Part shown: positions 19,335-28,792 of the stretch, in pieces | Numbering within the stretch: position 1 is the first letter of the stretch | How the letters are laid out: the number at the start of each line of letters is the position of its first letter | DNA from: an uncultured Pseudomonadales bacterium | Lineage (GTDB): Bacteria; Patescibacteriota; Microgenomatia; UBA1400; PJMF01 | Assembly: GCA_964607285.1 (NCBI GenBank) | Contig: CAZSJW010000001.1 | Location: 250,555 to 314,554, forward strand | DNA length: 64,000 bases | Direction: 5' to 3' | Notes under the pieces: model-generated | What the model was told of the DNA's origin: nothing | Seen by the model: the letters and a program-made list of their open reading frames with translations, nothing else | Database searches by the model: none | Program-made: the position numbers and the translations under genes

Positions 19335-19353
19335 AAAATGGTAAAAAATGGTA
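19335..19353 (+). promoter_or_regulatory. Probable MraZ operator repeats
   Basis: AAAATGGTA twice with a 10-bp period immediately upstream of mraZ. Confidence 0.55.
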
Positions 19354-19369
19354 TTCCAGCCTAATAAAT

Positions 19370-19801
19370 ATGCTTATCGGGACTTACTATCACACCCTAG
19401 AAGCACATGGCCGAGTATCGTTACCCAAGTCTTTTCGCCAAACTCACTTACAGTGGGTGGTAACAAGAGGACTTGATGGAGGCTTGTTTCTTTTCCCAGC
19501 CGAGCAGTTTACTGCAGAGCTTCAGAAACTAAACAGTCGCTCCTTCACAACGAAACGCAACCGTGACTTTGTTCGCCTGATGACAAACGAAGCCATGGCA
19601 GTGACACCAGATAAGAACGGTCGAGTACAACTGCCCGAGTACTTGATTGAGTTCGCCAAACTCAACAAAAACCTTGTTGTAGTGGGAAGCTTGTCCCGAG
19701 CAGAAATCTGGGATCGAGATGCCTACCACACCTATATGCAAGCCACCGAATCGGAAGCAGAAGCAATCGCCGAAAGCCTAGCAGAAACAAAGCATGATTA
19801 A
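19370..19801 (+). CDS. mraZ: Transcriptional regulator MraZ
   Basis: GTYYHTLEAHGRVSLP, TRGLDGGL, DKNGRVQLP, EIWD; first gene of the dcw cluster. Confidence 0.95.
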   Translation: MLIGTYYHTLEAHGRVSLPKSFRQTHLQWVVTRGLDGGLFLFPAEQFTAELQKLNSRSFTTKRNRDFVRLMTNEAMAVTPDKNGRVQLPEYLIEFAKLNKNLVVVGSLSRAEIWDRDAYHTYMQATESEAEAIAESLAETKHD

Positions 19802-20687
19802 GCTTGATAGACAACACAAATCAGTCCTCTTAGCAGAAAGCGTTGCCGCGCTGCAGATCCAGCCAAATCAGTGGTACGTAGATGCTACCTTTGGACGCGG
19901 CGGACACACGCAAGCAATTCTCAAAGCAGGGGGCAACGTATTAGCCTTCGACTGGGATGCAGAAGCAGTTGCATATGGCCAAACCATGTTCGTTCGCGAA
20001 CTTGAAGAACAGCGCTTGCTGCTAATTCACTCGAACTTCGAGTACTTGAGCAAAGAGCTACAAAACCTAGCTCCAGAGCAAAAAAGACCCAGCGGCTTCC
20101 TCTTTGACTTTGGCACCAGCACCGAGCAACTTACATCTAGCGAGCGAGGCTTCAGCGTCCATGATGACGGTCCATTGGACATGCGCATGGACACTCGCCT
20201 AGGAGTACAAGCCAAAGACCTGCTAGCAGCTGTTCCCGAAGTCCAGCTGGCCGATCTTTTTTTCAAGTTTGGTGGAGAAGAGGAGTCCAGAGGAGTCGCC
20301 AAAGCAATCAAGCGACACAAAGAGCCAATCACCACCACCAGGCAACTAACTGACATCATCAGCAAAGCAAAAAAGCGGCACGGAGGACACCTACATCCTG
20401 CAACAAAAGTCTTTCAAGCGCTAAGAATTGCAGTCAACAGCGAACTCACCGCAATCGAGCAAGCCTTACCAGAGGCACTCACCGCAGTTTTACCAGAAGG
20501 AAGAATCGTCACAATCGCGTTTCATGACGGAGAAGACCGCCTAGTTAAATTTGCTTTCCGAGACTGGGAAGCCAAAAACATGGGCAAAAGTATAACAAGT
20601 AAACCAATTACAGCATCAGCAGATGAGCTCAACCATAACCCCAGAGCTCGCAGTGCAAAACTACGTATTTTTGAAAAAAGTAAGTGA
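19794..20687 (+). CDS. rsmH: 16S rRNA m4C1402 methyltransferase
   Basis: HKSVLL, DATFGRGGH, RGFS...PLDMRM, HPATKVFQALRIAVN, NPRARSAKLR. Confidence 0.96.
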   Translation: MIKLDRQHKSVLLAESVAALQIQPNQWYVDATFGRGGHTQAILKAGGNVLAFDWDAEAVAYGQTMFVRELEEQRLLLIHSNFEYLSKELQNLAPEQKRPSGFLFDFGTSTEQLTSSERGFSVHDDGPLDMRMDTRLGVQAKDLLAAVPEVQLADLFFKFGGEEESRGVAKAIKRHKEPITTTRQLTDIISKAKKRHGGHLHPATKVFQALRIAVNSELTAIEQALPEALTAVLPEGRIVTIAFHDGEDRLVKFAFRDWEAKNMGKSITSKPITASADELNHNPRARSAKLRIFEKSK

Positions 20688-20980
20688 ACATGACACATCG
20701 AACTATCGGAATTTACTACACTATTATCGGCATCATTGTACTGTCGCAAACAGTAGTAACCGTTATTTCTGGAGGAAGCATAGTGCTAAACAGTACAGCA
20801 CTAGCGGAACTAAAAAAGGAAAGACAAACACTCTTGCAAACGCGCCAAGTTTTTGAAACTGAACTAACAAAACAAAGTGCCCTAACCGCCTTGCCTGAAG
20901 ACGCGACTTTGCAGTATATTGCCATTACACACCCAATTGTGCTACCCAGCAGCAATACAGTGGCAAGTACACAACCCTAA
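20684..20980 (+). CDS. FtsL-like bitopic coiled-coil protein
   Basis: TM helix followed by a coiled coil, in the canonical position between rsmH and the PBP. Confidence 0.6.
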   Translation: MNMTHRTIGIYYTIIGIIVLSQTVVTVISGGSIVLNSTALAELKKERQTLLQTRQVFETELTKQSALTALPEDATLQYIAITHPIVLPSSNTVASTQP

Positions 20981-20989
20981 GCATCTCGT

Positions 20990-22789
20990 ATGACCTCCTC
21001 AGACCAGCCTGGATTACTTCCTGAAATAGTGGCACTTCGTGGTCGATGGTTTTTTGCTTTGCTGTGCATGATCTACATTGCTATTTTTTTTCGTTTAGGA
21101 TATTGGCAAGTAGTAGAGGGAGCAGAACTGAGCTCAGCAGCAGACGATCAATACTCTAGGTCAGTCACAAAAACTGGCAAACGAGGTGACATACTTACCG
21201 CCGATGGCTACACTCTTGTGACAAACGAAGTCATGTATCGATTGTTTGCACAACCCAAGCAACTGAAAGATGAACCATTGGATATTGCCACCCTGTTGGC
21301 TCCACTACTTGTATCGCAAACAGCTAGCTCTGCAGCAGAACGTACCGATGAACTAGCACAAATCAAGCTAGACCTCACGGAAAAACTTTCCAAAGACCGC
21401 TCTTGGATCAACTTGCAGTATTCGGTCTCAGCACCCGTCAAAAGTCAGATTGAAGATTTAAACATTCATGGCATCGGATTTGATCCTTACGACCGCAGAT
21501 ACTATCCAGAAGCTTCAATGGCTGCGCACATACTTGGCTTCGTTGGAAAGACTGAAAACGGTGACGAAGTTGGGTACTTTGGATTAGAAGGTTCACTAGA
21601 TAAAGAGCTAAAAGCACGTACAATAACTAACACAGTTTTGACCGATGCATTAGGTTCCTTAGTACAGTCTGATGGTATATTTTCAACGGCAATTTTAGAC
21701 GGTCGGCGTGTTACGACAACCATCCGCCGTGACATACAACATGTGGCAGAAACTCAACTCAAGTTAGGTATGGAACAATACGGTGCCAAAGCTGGTGAAA
21801 TCATCATTATGGAACCAAAGACAGGTAAAATTCTTGCTATGGCAAGCTTTCCCAACTATGAACCTGATCATTTTTATGACACGGACCCTCAGTTGTATAA
21901 AAATCCAAGCATCACAGATATTTATGAACCTGGATCTACTTTTAAGGTTTTGACTGTTTCCGCAGGCATCGACTCGGGGGTTATCAACCCAAGCACGGAG
22001 TGTCCAAAATGTGCGACTCCAAGGGTATTCGGACAATATACCATCCGAACTTGGAATGATGTGTATAACCCCAATATCATAATGGAGCAAGCACTTGCCA
22101 AATCTGACAACACCGCAATGATGTACATAACAGATTTGCTTGGTGCTGATCGCTTTAAAACATATGTGCAAAAGTTTGGAATAGGCCACACATTGGGGAT
22201 TGAACTACAAGAAGATACGAGCACGCCATTTCCACAAAAGTGGGGTCCTGTAGAGTTAGCAACTATCTCTTTCGGCCAGGGCATTAGCACAAATAGTTTG
22301 CAAATCACTAATGCCGTAGCTGCAATTGCTAATGGAGGCTCTCTCATGCGCCCCATGCTAGTTTCATCTGTAGAAGATACTGTTTCAAACGAAAGCATTG
22401 AAATAAAGCCGCAAACTATTCGACAGGTTGTTTCCCCCCAAACTGCAAGTACAGTCACTAACATGATGATCACAGCAGCGCAAAGTGGTGAGGCTCAGTG
22501 GACCTCATCCAAATCCCACACTATTGCTGGAAAAACTGGCACATCACAGGTAGCAAATGCTGGAGGATATGACGAGAATAAAACTATCGCAAGTTTTATA
22601 GGATTTGCACCTCCAGAAAATCCGAAATTTATTATGTTAGTCAAACTGACCGAACCAACAACTTCCCCATGGGCAGCGGAAACTGCTGCACCCCTGTGGT
22701 ACAAGATTGCAAGTAAATTGTTTTTGCTTTTGCAAATACAACCTGATAGAACTACGGGAACACCTGCTACAATTAGTACTAGTTTATGA
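20990..22789 (+). CDS. ftsI: Class B penicillin-binding protein (FtsI-like transpeptidase)
   Basis: RGDILTADG, RYYP, EPGSTFK (SxxK), SDN, KTGTSQ. Confidence 0.92.
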   Translation: MTSSDQPGLLPEIVALRGRWFFALLCMIYIAIFFRLGYWQVVEGAELSSAADDQYSRSVTKTGKRGDILTADGYTLVTNEVMYRLFAQPKQLKDEPLDIATLLAPLLVSQTASSAAERTDELAQIKLDLTEKLSKDRSWINLQYSVSAPVKSQIEDLNIHGIGFDPYDRRYYPEASMAAHILGFVGKTENGDEVGYFGLEGSLDKELKARTITNTVLTDALGSLVQSDGIFSTAILDGRRVTTTIRRDIQHVAETQLKLGMEQYGAKAGEIIIMEPKTGKILAMASFPNYEPDHFYDTDPQLYKNPSITDIYEPGSTFKVLTVSAGIDSGVINPSTECPKCATPRVFGQYTIRTWNDVYNPNIIMEQALAKSDNTAMMYITDLLGADRFKTYVQKFGIGHTLGIELQEDTSTPFPQKWGPVELATISFGQGISTNSLQITNAVAAIANGGSLMRPMLVSSVEDTVSNESIEIKPQTIRQVVSPQTASTVTNMMITAAQSGEAQWTSSKSHTIAGKTGTSQVANAGGYDENKTIASFIGFAPPENPKFIMLVKLTEPTTSPWAAETAAPLWYKIASKLFLLLQIQPDRTTGTPATISTSL

Positions 22790-24003
22790 TCAAAGAACTT
22801 ATTTATAAAATCAAGCGACCGTATCACTTTTTGAAAACAGGAATTCTAAACGGATTGATTTCCGAAGTTGCAAATGGTTTTCCAGCTAGAAAACTTAGCG
22901 TGTTAGCAATTACGGGTACGGACGGCAAAACCACATCAGCAACCCTACTGTACTTTGCTCTCAAGCAAGCTGGTTTTAAAGTAGCACTGCTTTCAACTGT
23001 TGCCGCATTCAAGGGTGAAACCGTCATTGACACTGGTTTTCACGTAACTAGTCCTCAGCCATCAGATGTTCAAAAGTTCATGGCAGAGTTAGTTCAAGAT
23101 GGGTTTACGCATTTAGTTCTAGAAGTAACGTCTCATGGTGCATACCAATACCGTACCTGGGGCATTAATCCCAGCATTGCAGGCATAACAAACATAAACC
23201 AAGAACACCTTGACTACCATCTTTCGTACGACAGATACGTTGCTGCCAAGACACTTGTACTAAAACAGGCCCCAACAGTTGTGCTTAACGAAGATGACAT
23301 TTCCTATTATCGTTTAAGAAAAATACTAAGCAACCAGGATATATCAATCCTGGCATACAGCATGAGTGACCGACTACCAACAGTTGTTTCCAAGGCAATT
23401 AGCGAAAGATTTCCCGAACAATACAATCGAATGAACGCACGATTAGTATACAAAATTGCCAAAGAGTACGGTATATCCAATAGTGACTTTGCAACTGCTG
23501 TGCAAAACTTCCCTGGCATACCTGGCAGAATGGAGAGCATCCCAAATAAACTAGGCATCTCCATTATTGTGGACTTTGCTCACACACCCCAAGGTCTGGA
23601 AGCCGCGCTCACTGCATTACGAAAACAACTGAACCAACAAAAGAACCCTGGGAAACTCATTGCAGTTTTCGGCTGTGCGGGACTTAGAGATAGCGGTAAA
23701 CGTCCTATCATGGGAGCAATCGGTGCGGAACTTGCTGACTTCGCAGTATTTACAGCTGAAGACCCTCGAACTGAAAATCTTTGGTCTATACTGAACCAAA
23801 TGAAGAGCTCACTTGGTACTCACCATACTTCCGTCACCTCAATTGCAGATAGAGGAGAAGCTATTGCTTTCGCACTATTTTCTATAGCTAAGCGTGGTGA
23901 CACAGTTGTGATTCTCGGCAAGGGTCACGAACAAAGTATGTGCTTTGGCACAATTGAGTACCCATGGAGTGACCAGAAAGCTGTACTTGAACTGCTCACA
24001 TAG
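22786..24003 (+). CDS. murE: MurE-type Mur ligase lacking most of the N-terminal domain
   Basis: ITGTDGKTT, LEVTSHG, EHLDYH, DFAHTP, FGCAGLRD..KRP.MG, EDPR, GKGHE. Confidence 0.88.
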   Translation: MIKELIYKIKRPYHFLKTGILNGLISEVANGFPARKLSVLAITGTDGKTTSATLLYFALKQAGFKVALLSTVAAFKGETVIDTGFHVTSPQPSDVQKFMAELVQDGFTHLVLEVTSHGAYQYRTWGINPSIAGITNINQEHLDYHLSYDRYVAAKTLVLKQAPTVVLNEDDISYYRLRKILSNQDISILAYSMSDRLPTVVSKAISERFPEQYNRMNARLVYKIAKEYGISNSDFATAVQNFPGIPGRMESIPNKLGISIIVDFAHTPQGLEAALTALRKQLNQQKNPGKLIAVFGCAGLRDSGKRPIMGAIGAELADFAVFTAEDPRTENLWSILNQMKSSLGTHHTSVTSIADRGEAIAFALFSIAKRGDTVVILGKGHEQSMCFGTIEYPWSDQKAVLELLT

Positions 24004-24009
24004 TAACCT

Positions 24010-25005
24010 ATGAGGAAAAAAACAAACATCCCACATGTGGTCGTCATGGGAGGCGGCACGGGCACCTTTGCGGTCACCAGTGCATTGAAGCGACTTCCTT
24101 GCACAATTAGTGCCATTATTGCCGTTTCTGATTCTGGTGGATCAACAGGAAGAATCAGAGACGAGTTCGGGTTTCAGCCTGTTGGTGACTTGCGGCAATC
24201 ATTAGCAGCACTAGCTGATCTCTCAAGCCAGCAATGGATTCAAAAAATTCTCTTGTATCGTTTTGATAAGGGCAGCGGACTGCAAGGTCACAATCTTGGG
24301 AATCTTATTCTCACCGCACTTCAAGATATGAGCGGTAGCACAGGTAAAGCACTAGAGATTGCAGAAAAGATCTTCAACTTGCACGGGAAGGTTATTCCCG
24401 TCACAAACCAAACTGTGGACCTTAAAATTTTTTACCAAGATGGGTCTACAGTGATTGGGGAGCATATCTTAGATGAGTCTGATGAAAACCCCAAAAGCAT
24501 TGATCGAGTAGAACTGACCCCCGAATGCACACTAAATCCAGTCGCGCATGAAGAAATTCTTACAGCTGATTTTATTTGTATTGGTCCAGGGGACTTATAC
24601 GCGAGTTTACTTGCTACATTGGTAGTACCAGGGATCTCTGAAGCTTTTGCGCAAACCAAGGCAAAGATTGTGTATATACCAAACTTGATGACTAGACGAA
24701 CGCAAACTCACAATATGACAGCTCGTCAACACGTTGATAAAATTGCCGAGGTGTTAGGTCGTAATGTAGACATCATTCTCATAAATAACACTACTATTCC
24801 TCAAGCTATTTTGAAAGCCTATGCTGCCGAACAAGAGTTTCCAGTAACAGACACTCTAGCTGCTGATACTAGAGTGATTCGAGCAGACTTTCTCAAAGAG
24901 CAGCCCGTACCAAAAACCGCAACAGATACTGCATATCGGTCGTTACTTAGACACGACCCAGAAAAACTTTGTGCTGTATTTAGAACGATACTTTTCAAGG
25001 CATGA
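24010..25005 (+). CDS. yvcK: YvcK/GlmR (CofD-like) UDP-GlcNAc-binding protein
   Basis: GGGTG, DSGGSTGRIR, GDLRQ, GHNLGNL, IGPGDLYASL, RHDP. Confidence 0.92.
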   Translation: MRKKTNIPHVVVMGGGTGTFAVTSALKRLPCTISAIIAVSDSGGSTGRIRDEFGFQPVGDLRQSLAALADLSSQQWIQKILLYRFDKGSGLQGHNLGNLILTALQDMSGSTGKALEIAEKIFNLHGKVIPVTNQTVDLKIFYQDGSTVIGEHILDESDENPKSIDRVELTPECTLNPVAHEEILTADFICIGPGDLYASLLATLVVPGISEAFAQTKAKIVYIPNLMTRRTQTHNMTARQHVDKIAEVLGRNVDIILINNTTIPQAILKAYAAEQEFPVTDTLAADTRVIRADFLKEQPVPKTATDTAYRSLLRHDPEKLCAVFRTILFKA

Positions 25006-26420
25006 AAAAAATATTTCACTTCAACCACGCACATTTAGTCGGTATCAAGGGCGTTGCTATGACCTCGCTGGCTCAAATACTCACTGATGCCGAAATTTCA
25101 GTTACTGGATCAGATGTACCAGAAAACTATGTGACAAAGCAGCAACTTGATCGTCTTGCAGTTGATGTCCAGTCTAGTTTCCATGAACCATTACCGCCCT
25201 TGACAGATGTAGTTATTTACACAGCAGCTCATCAGGGAGAAAACAACCCTCAGGTCCAAGCTGCGCAAAAACAAGGGATACCTTGTTATTCTCAGGCAGA
25301 GGCTATCAGTTTTTTTGCAAATGCAAAAGAGGTGATTGCTGTCTGTGGCGTAGGTGGAAAATCTACTGTGAGTGCAATGATTACCTGGATTTTAGAATGG
25401 AATCAACGCCACCCTTCCTTTTCAGTTGGCGTTGGCAATATTCCAGGACTCGAAAAAACTGGAGCGTGGAGAGCTAGTGGGCATCATTTTGTTGTCGAAG
25501 CAGATGAGTACGTCACAAACCCTACTGCTGTACTGGCAGGTGAGTTTGGCACCCCTAGGTTTTCATACCTCAAACCTAACTGTATTGTTGCCACAAACAT
25601 TACCTTTGATCACCCTGACGTGTACGCGGACTTCGAGCACACAAAGTCCACTTTTGCGGGGTTCTTTTCTAAACTGCCGCAGAATGGTCACTTAATTGCA
25701 ACCGAGCAAATATTACAACTTGGACTTCCTTTGCCAAACTGTGCAGTAGTTTCTGTATCAGATAGAGCGAATGCTACATATAGATATGAATATCTACCCC
25801 AAAAGAGCAAAGCGGGAACATCAGTCAGCCGCCTTATCATATCAAACTCAACCTTTACTGTTACCTTAGGACTGCCTGGAGAGTACAACATGCAAAATGC
25901 CGTGTGCGCAATTGCTGCCACCTCTACCGTAGGTGTTTCCGTACCAGATGCTATTGCTGCCTTGAGTACCTTTCGTTCCACTCAAAGACGATTTGAACTT
26001 CGGAAAACACGACTAAATAGTATTTTTTATGATGACTACGCACATCATCCGAGTGAAATTGAGGCAGTGATCAAAGCACTGAAGGAGTGGTATCCCGAGA
26101 AAAACGTGGTCGTTGCATTTCAGCCACATACATTTTCTAGAACACGTGCACTACTACAACAGTTTGCAGAGAGCTTGCAGCTTGCTGATAGGGTTCTCAT
26201 CTTAGACATTTTTGCATCTGCACGTGAGGCATACGACCCTAGTATCACAGCTGCAACCCTGGCAGATTCTGTCCGCACCATAAATCCTCACATACCAACA
26301 ACTGTCATTCCCGACACCCATGCGTTAAGTCAATACTTTTTGCACAAATTACCAGTCAATGCCGTTGTTCTCACTGCAGGAGCAGGCAATATTTATCAAG
26401 TGTATGATGAACTTCAATAG
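25002..26420 (+). CDS. murC: UDP-N-acetylmuramate--L-alanine ligase
   Basis: HLVGIKGVAM, VEADEY, DHPD, RRFE, DDYAHHPSEI, FQPHTFSRT. Confidence 0.94.
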   Translation: MKKIFHFNHAHLVGIKGVAMTSLAQILTDAEISVTGSDVPENYVTKQQLDRLAVDVQSSFHEPLPPLTDVVIYTAAHQGENNPQVQAAQKQGIPCYSQAEAISFFANAKEVIAVCGVGGKSTVSAMITWILEWNQRHPSFSVGVGNIPGLEKTGAWRASGHHFVVEADEYVTNPTAVLAGEFGTPRFSYLKPNCIVATNITFDHPDVYADFEHTKSTFAGFFSKLPQNGHLIATEQILQLGLPLPNCAVVSVSDRANATYRYEYLPQKSKAGTSVSRLIISNSTFTVTLGLPGEYNMQNAVCAIAATSTVGVSVPDAIAALSTFRSTQRRFELRKTRLNSIFYDDYAHHPSEIEAVIKALKEWYPEKNVVVAFQPHTFSRTRALLQQFAESLQLADRVLILDIFASAREAYDPSITAATLADSVRTINPHIPTTVIPDTHALSQYFLHKLPVNAVVLTAGAGNIYQVYDELQ

Positions 26421-26430
26421 TACTGAATCT

Positions 26431-27423
26431 ATGACACCACTGCAAAAGCAACTACTAGCATCGTTTCCCAACTACACCTGGTTGTTTGACGAGCCTCTCT
26501 CACCCCTAACGTATGCAAAAATTGGTGGTGCTGCAGAAGCATTGCTAAAAGTGACTGATCCTGAAATTGCGGCAAGCGTTATTAAATTTTGCACCCAGTC
26601 AAACATACGGTGTACCTATCTTGGTGGCGCAAGTAATGTCCTCATAGACGATGCTGGTATTTCGGGTGTGGTGCTTCAATATCAGGATACTACCGTGCGT
26701 GTGATCCAAAGTGTTCCTTCGAAACAAACTATTGTCTTTATTGCGAGTGGAACAAAAACAGCACTTGCAGTATCAAAAACGGTTGCGTTGGGATTGACAG
26801 GTTTAGAGTATTTTCTGGGGGTACCTGGAACTATCGGCGGAGCAATTTATAACAATGCTCATTACTTGAGCGACTTGATTGACAAACACATTCTTCGAGT
26901 CCAGGCTATAACAGAACATGGAGACATTGTTTGGTATACACATGATGCCTGTGCATTCGACTATGAACAATCTAGGTTTCAATCCAATCATGAACTTATC
27001 GTTGGCGCAGAGTTTGCGCTGACCGCTGGCGATCCTGAAACGTCAAAAGCAAAAATTGCCCAAGCTACTCAATATCGTGCTGCTTCACAACCGCTTGGCA
27101 TACCTAGCTCGGGATGCATGTTTCGCAATCCAGCAAATACCCCAACACTTCGCCAACTGTTTCCACAATTTGCAGATAAGGATTACATTCCAGCAGGTTA
27201 CCTTATTGATCAAGCAGGGCTGAAAGGTGAGCGGGTGGGTGCAGTTAGTGTGAGTAAAAAGCATGCGGCATGGATTATCAATGGAGGTAATGGCACAAGT
27301 GCTGACGTAAAGAAATTAGTGAGCAATATTCAAAAGAAAATTGTAGAAAAGTATGGTGTTCAGTTAGAAACTGAAGTTTTTTTCTTGTCAGATAACACTG
27401 ACGAGAGTAGAAAGAACATATGA
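26431..27423 (+). CDS. murB: UDP-N-acetylenolpyruvoylglucosamine reductase
   Basis: KIGG, LGGASNVL, GLE...VPGTIGGA..NNA, SSGCMFRNP, VSKKHA, LETEV; start uncertain (26404-26431). Confidence 0.94.
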   Translation: MTPLQKQLLASFPNYTWLFDEPLSPLTYAKIGGAAEALLKVTDPEIAASVIKFCTQSNIRCTYLGGASNVLIDDAGISGVVLQYQDTTVRVIQSVPSKQTIVFIASGTKTALAVSKTVALGLTGLEYFLGVPGTIGGAIYNNAHYLSDLIDKHILRVQAITEHGDIVWYTHDACAFDYEQSRFQSNHELIVGAEFALTAGDPETSKAKIAQATQYRAASQPLGIPSSGCMFRNPANTPTLRQLFPQFADKDYIPAGYLIDQAGLKGERVGAVSVSKKHAAWIINGGNGTSADVKKLVSNIQKKIVEKYGVQLETEVFFLSDNTDESRKNI

Positions 27424-28751
27424 TGAGTTTACAAGTCACAGGAGGAACACCACTGCATGGATCTGTCAGGATTGGTGGAGCAAAAAATGCATCATTCAAA
27501 TTGATGATCGCAGCACTTTTAGGAGATACCGAGTCTAGGTTATTGAATTTTTCCCACATCAGTGACGTATCACTTGTTTCCAACATCATTGAATATCTGG
27601 GTGGTACAGTAACCCATGCAGGAGAGAGAGCCCTGTTTATAGACCCAACGCACCTAAACTCAGCCATCATAAACCCAGAACATGGTGAACAAGGTCGTTT
27701 TTCAACTATGTTTATTCCTGCATTGCTGGCAAAATTTGGCAGGGCAGAAGTTCCAACTCCTGGCGGTGACAAAATTGGCGTGAGACCACTGGATCGTCAC
27801 TTCGATGGTCTTGAGGCTATGGGTGTAGTGATTACCCATAAAGATGGCATGTTCATTGCTGAGGCAAAAGAACTACATGGTGCTAAGTATCGCTTCTCAA
27901 AAAACACTCACACAGGTACAGAGACACTTATTATGGCTGCCGTGAAAGCCAAAGGAACGACTGTGCTTGAAAATGCGGCAGTTGAACCAGAAATTGATGA
28001 TTTGATTACATTCTTGAACTCCATGGGAGCAAAAATCAAGCGAACAAAACCGCGAACCATTGAAATTTTTGGCGTACCATCTTTACATGGTGCTATACAC
28101 AAACTATTACCAGATCGTAACGAGGCAGTGAGTTATGCCTGTGCCGCGTTGGTTACTAAGGGTGACGTTGTGATAGAAAATGCTATTCCACAACATCTCA
28201 CCTCTTTCCTAGAGAAACTTGATGTAATCGGTGCTGGTTACGAAATAGGTAGCTATGGCATTCGTTTTTACTACAAAGGTCCTTTGCGTGCCACAGATGT
28301 AACAACTGCAATTGAACCTGGCTTCATGACAGACTGGCAGCCACTTTGGGGGACTGTGCTTACGCAATGTGAAGGGATAAGTACAATCCATGAGACAATT
28401 CACCCTTACCGATTTCACTATGTTGATGCTTTGCAAGCAATGGGAGCGCAGATAGAAAAATTCAACCCCAAAGTTTCAAATCCTGAATCAGTGTATAATT
28501 TCGATTTGGCCAATGACCAACCAGAACACTATCATGCTATTCGAGTCAAAGGGAGCACACAGTTACGTAGTGGCACATTCACTGTTAAAGACCTAAGACA
28601 TGGTGCTACCCTCATCTGTGCTGCCATGGCAGCACAAGGTACATCCACTATAACGGGTATAGAGCACATCGACAGAGGTTATGAAGCCCTGGATGATCGC
28701 TTGCGCTCAATGGGTGCTGCTATTGAACGAGTGAAAATCAATGACAAATGA
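27420..28751 (+). CDS. murA: UDP-N-acetylglucosamine 1-carboxyvinyltransferase (active-site Cys replaced by Asp)
   Basis: GAKNA, PGGDKIGVRP, ENAAVEPEI, PGFMTDWQ, DLRHG, HIDRGYE. Confidence 0.95.
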   Translation: MMSLQVTGGTPLHGSVRIGGAKNASFKLMIAALLGDTESRLLNFSHISDVSLVSNIIEYLGGTVTHAGERALFIDPTHLNSAIINPEHGEQGRFSTMFIPALLAKFGRAEVPTPGGDKIGVRPLDRHFDGLEAMGVVITHKDGMFIAEAKELHGAKYRFSKNTHTGTETLIMAAVKAKGTTVLENAAVEPEIDDLITFLNSMGAKIKRTKPRTIEIFGVPSLHGAIHKLLPDRNEAVSYACAALVTKGDVVIENAIPQHLTSFLEKLDVIGAGYEIGSYGIRFYYKGPLRATDVTTAIEPGFMTDWQPLWGTVLTQCEGISTIHETIHPYRFHYVDALQAMGAQIEKFNPKVSNPESVYNFDLANDQPEHYHAIRVKGSTQLRSGTFTVKDLRHGATLICAAMAAQGTSTITGIEHIDRGYEALDDRLRSMGAAIERVKINDK

Positions 28752-28792
28752 ACTATAGTATTGAGTACTAGAAGACGAATAAGGTAACACGT

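Noticed and set aside
21922-22473. Long antisense ORFs (21922-22473, 27278-27772, 46135-46827, 54854-55333 and similar)
   Set aside because: They lie opposite well-supported genes, have no motifs and are best explained as shadow frames
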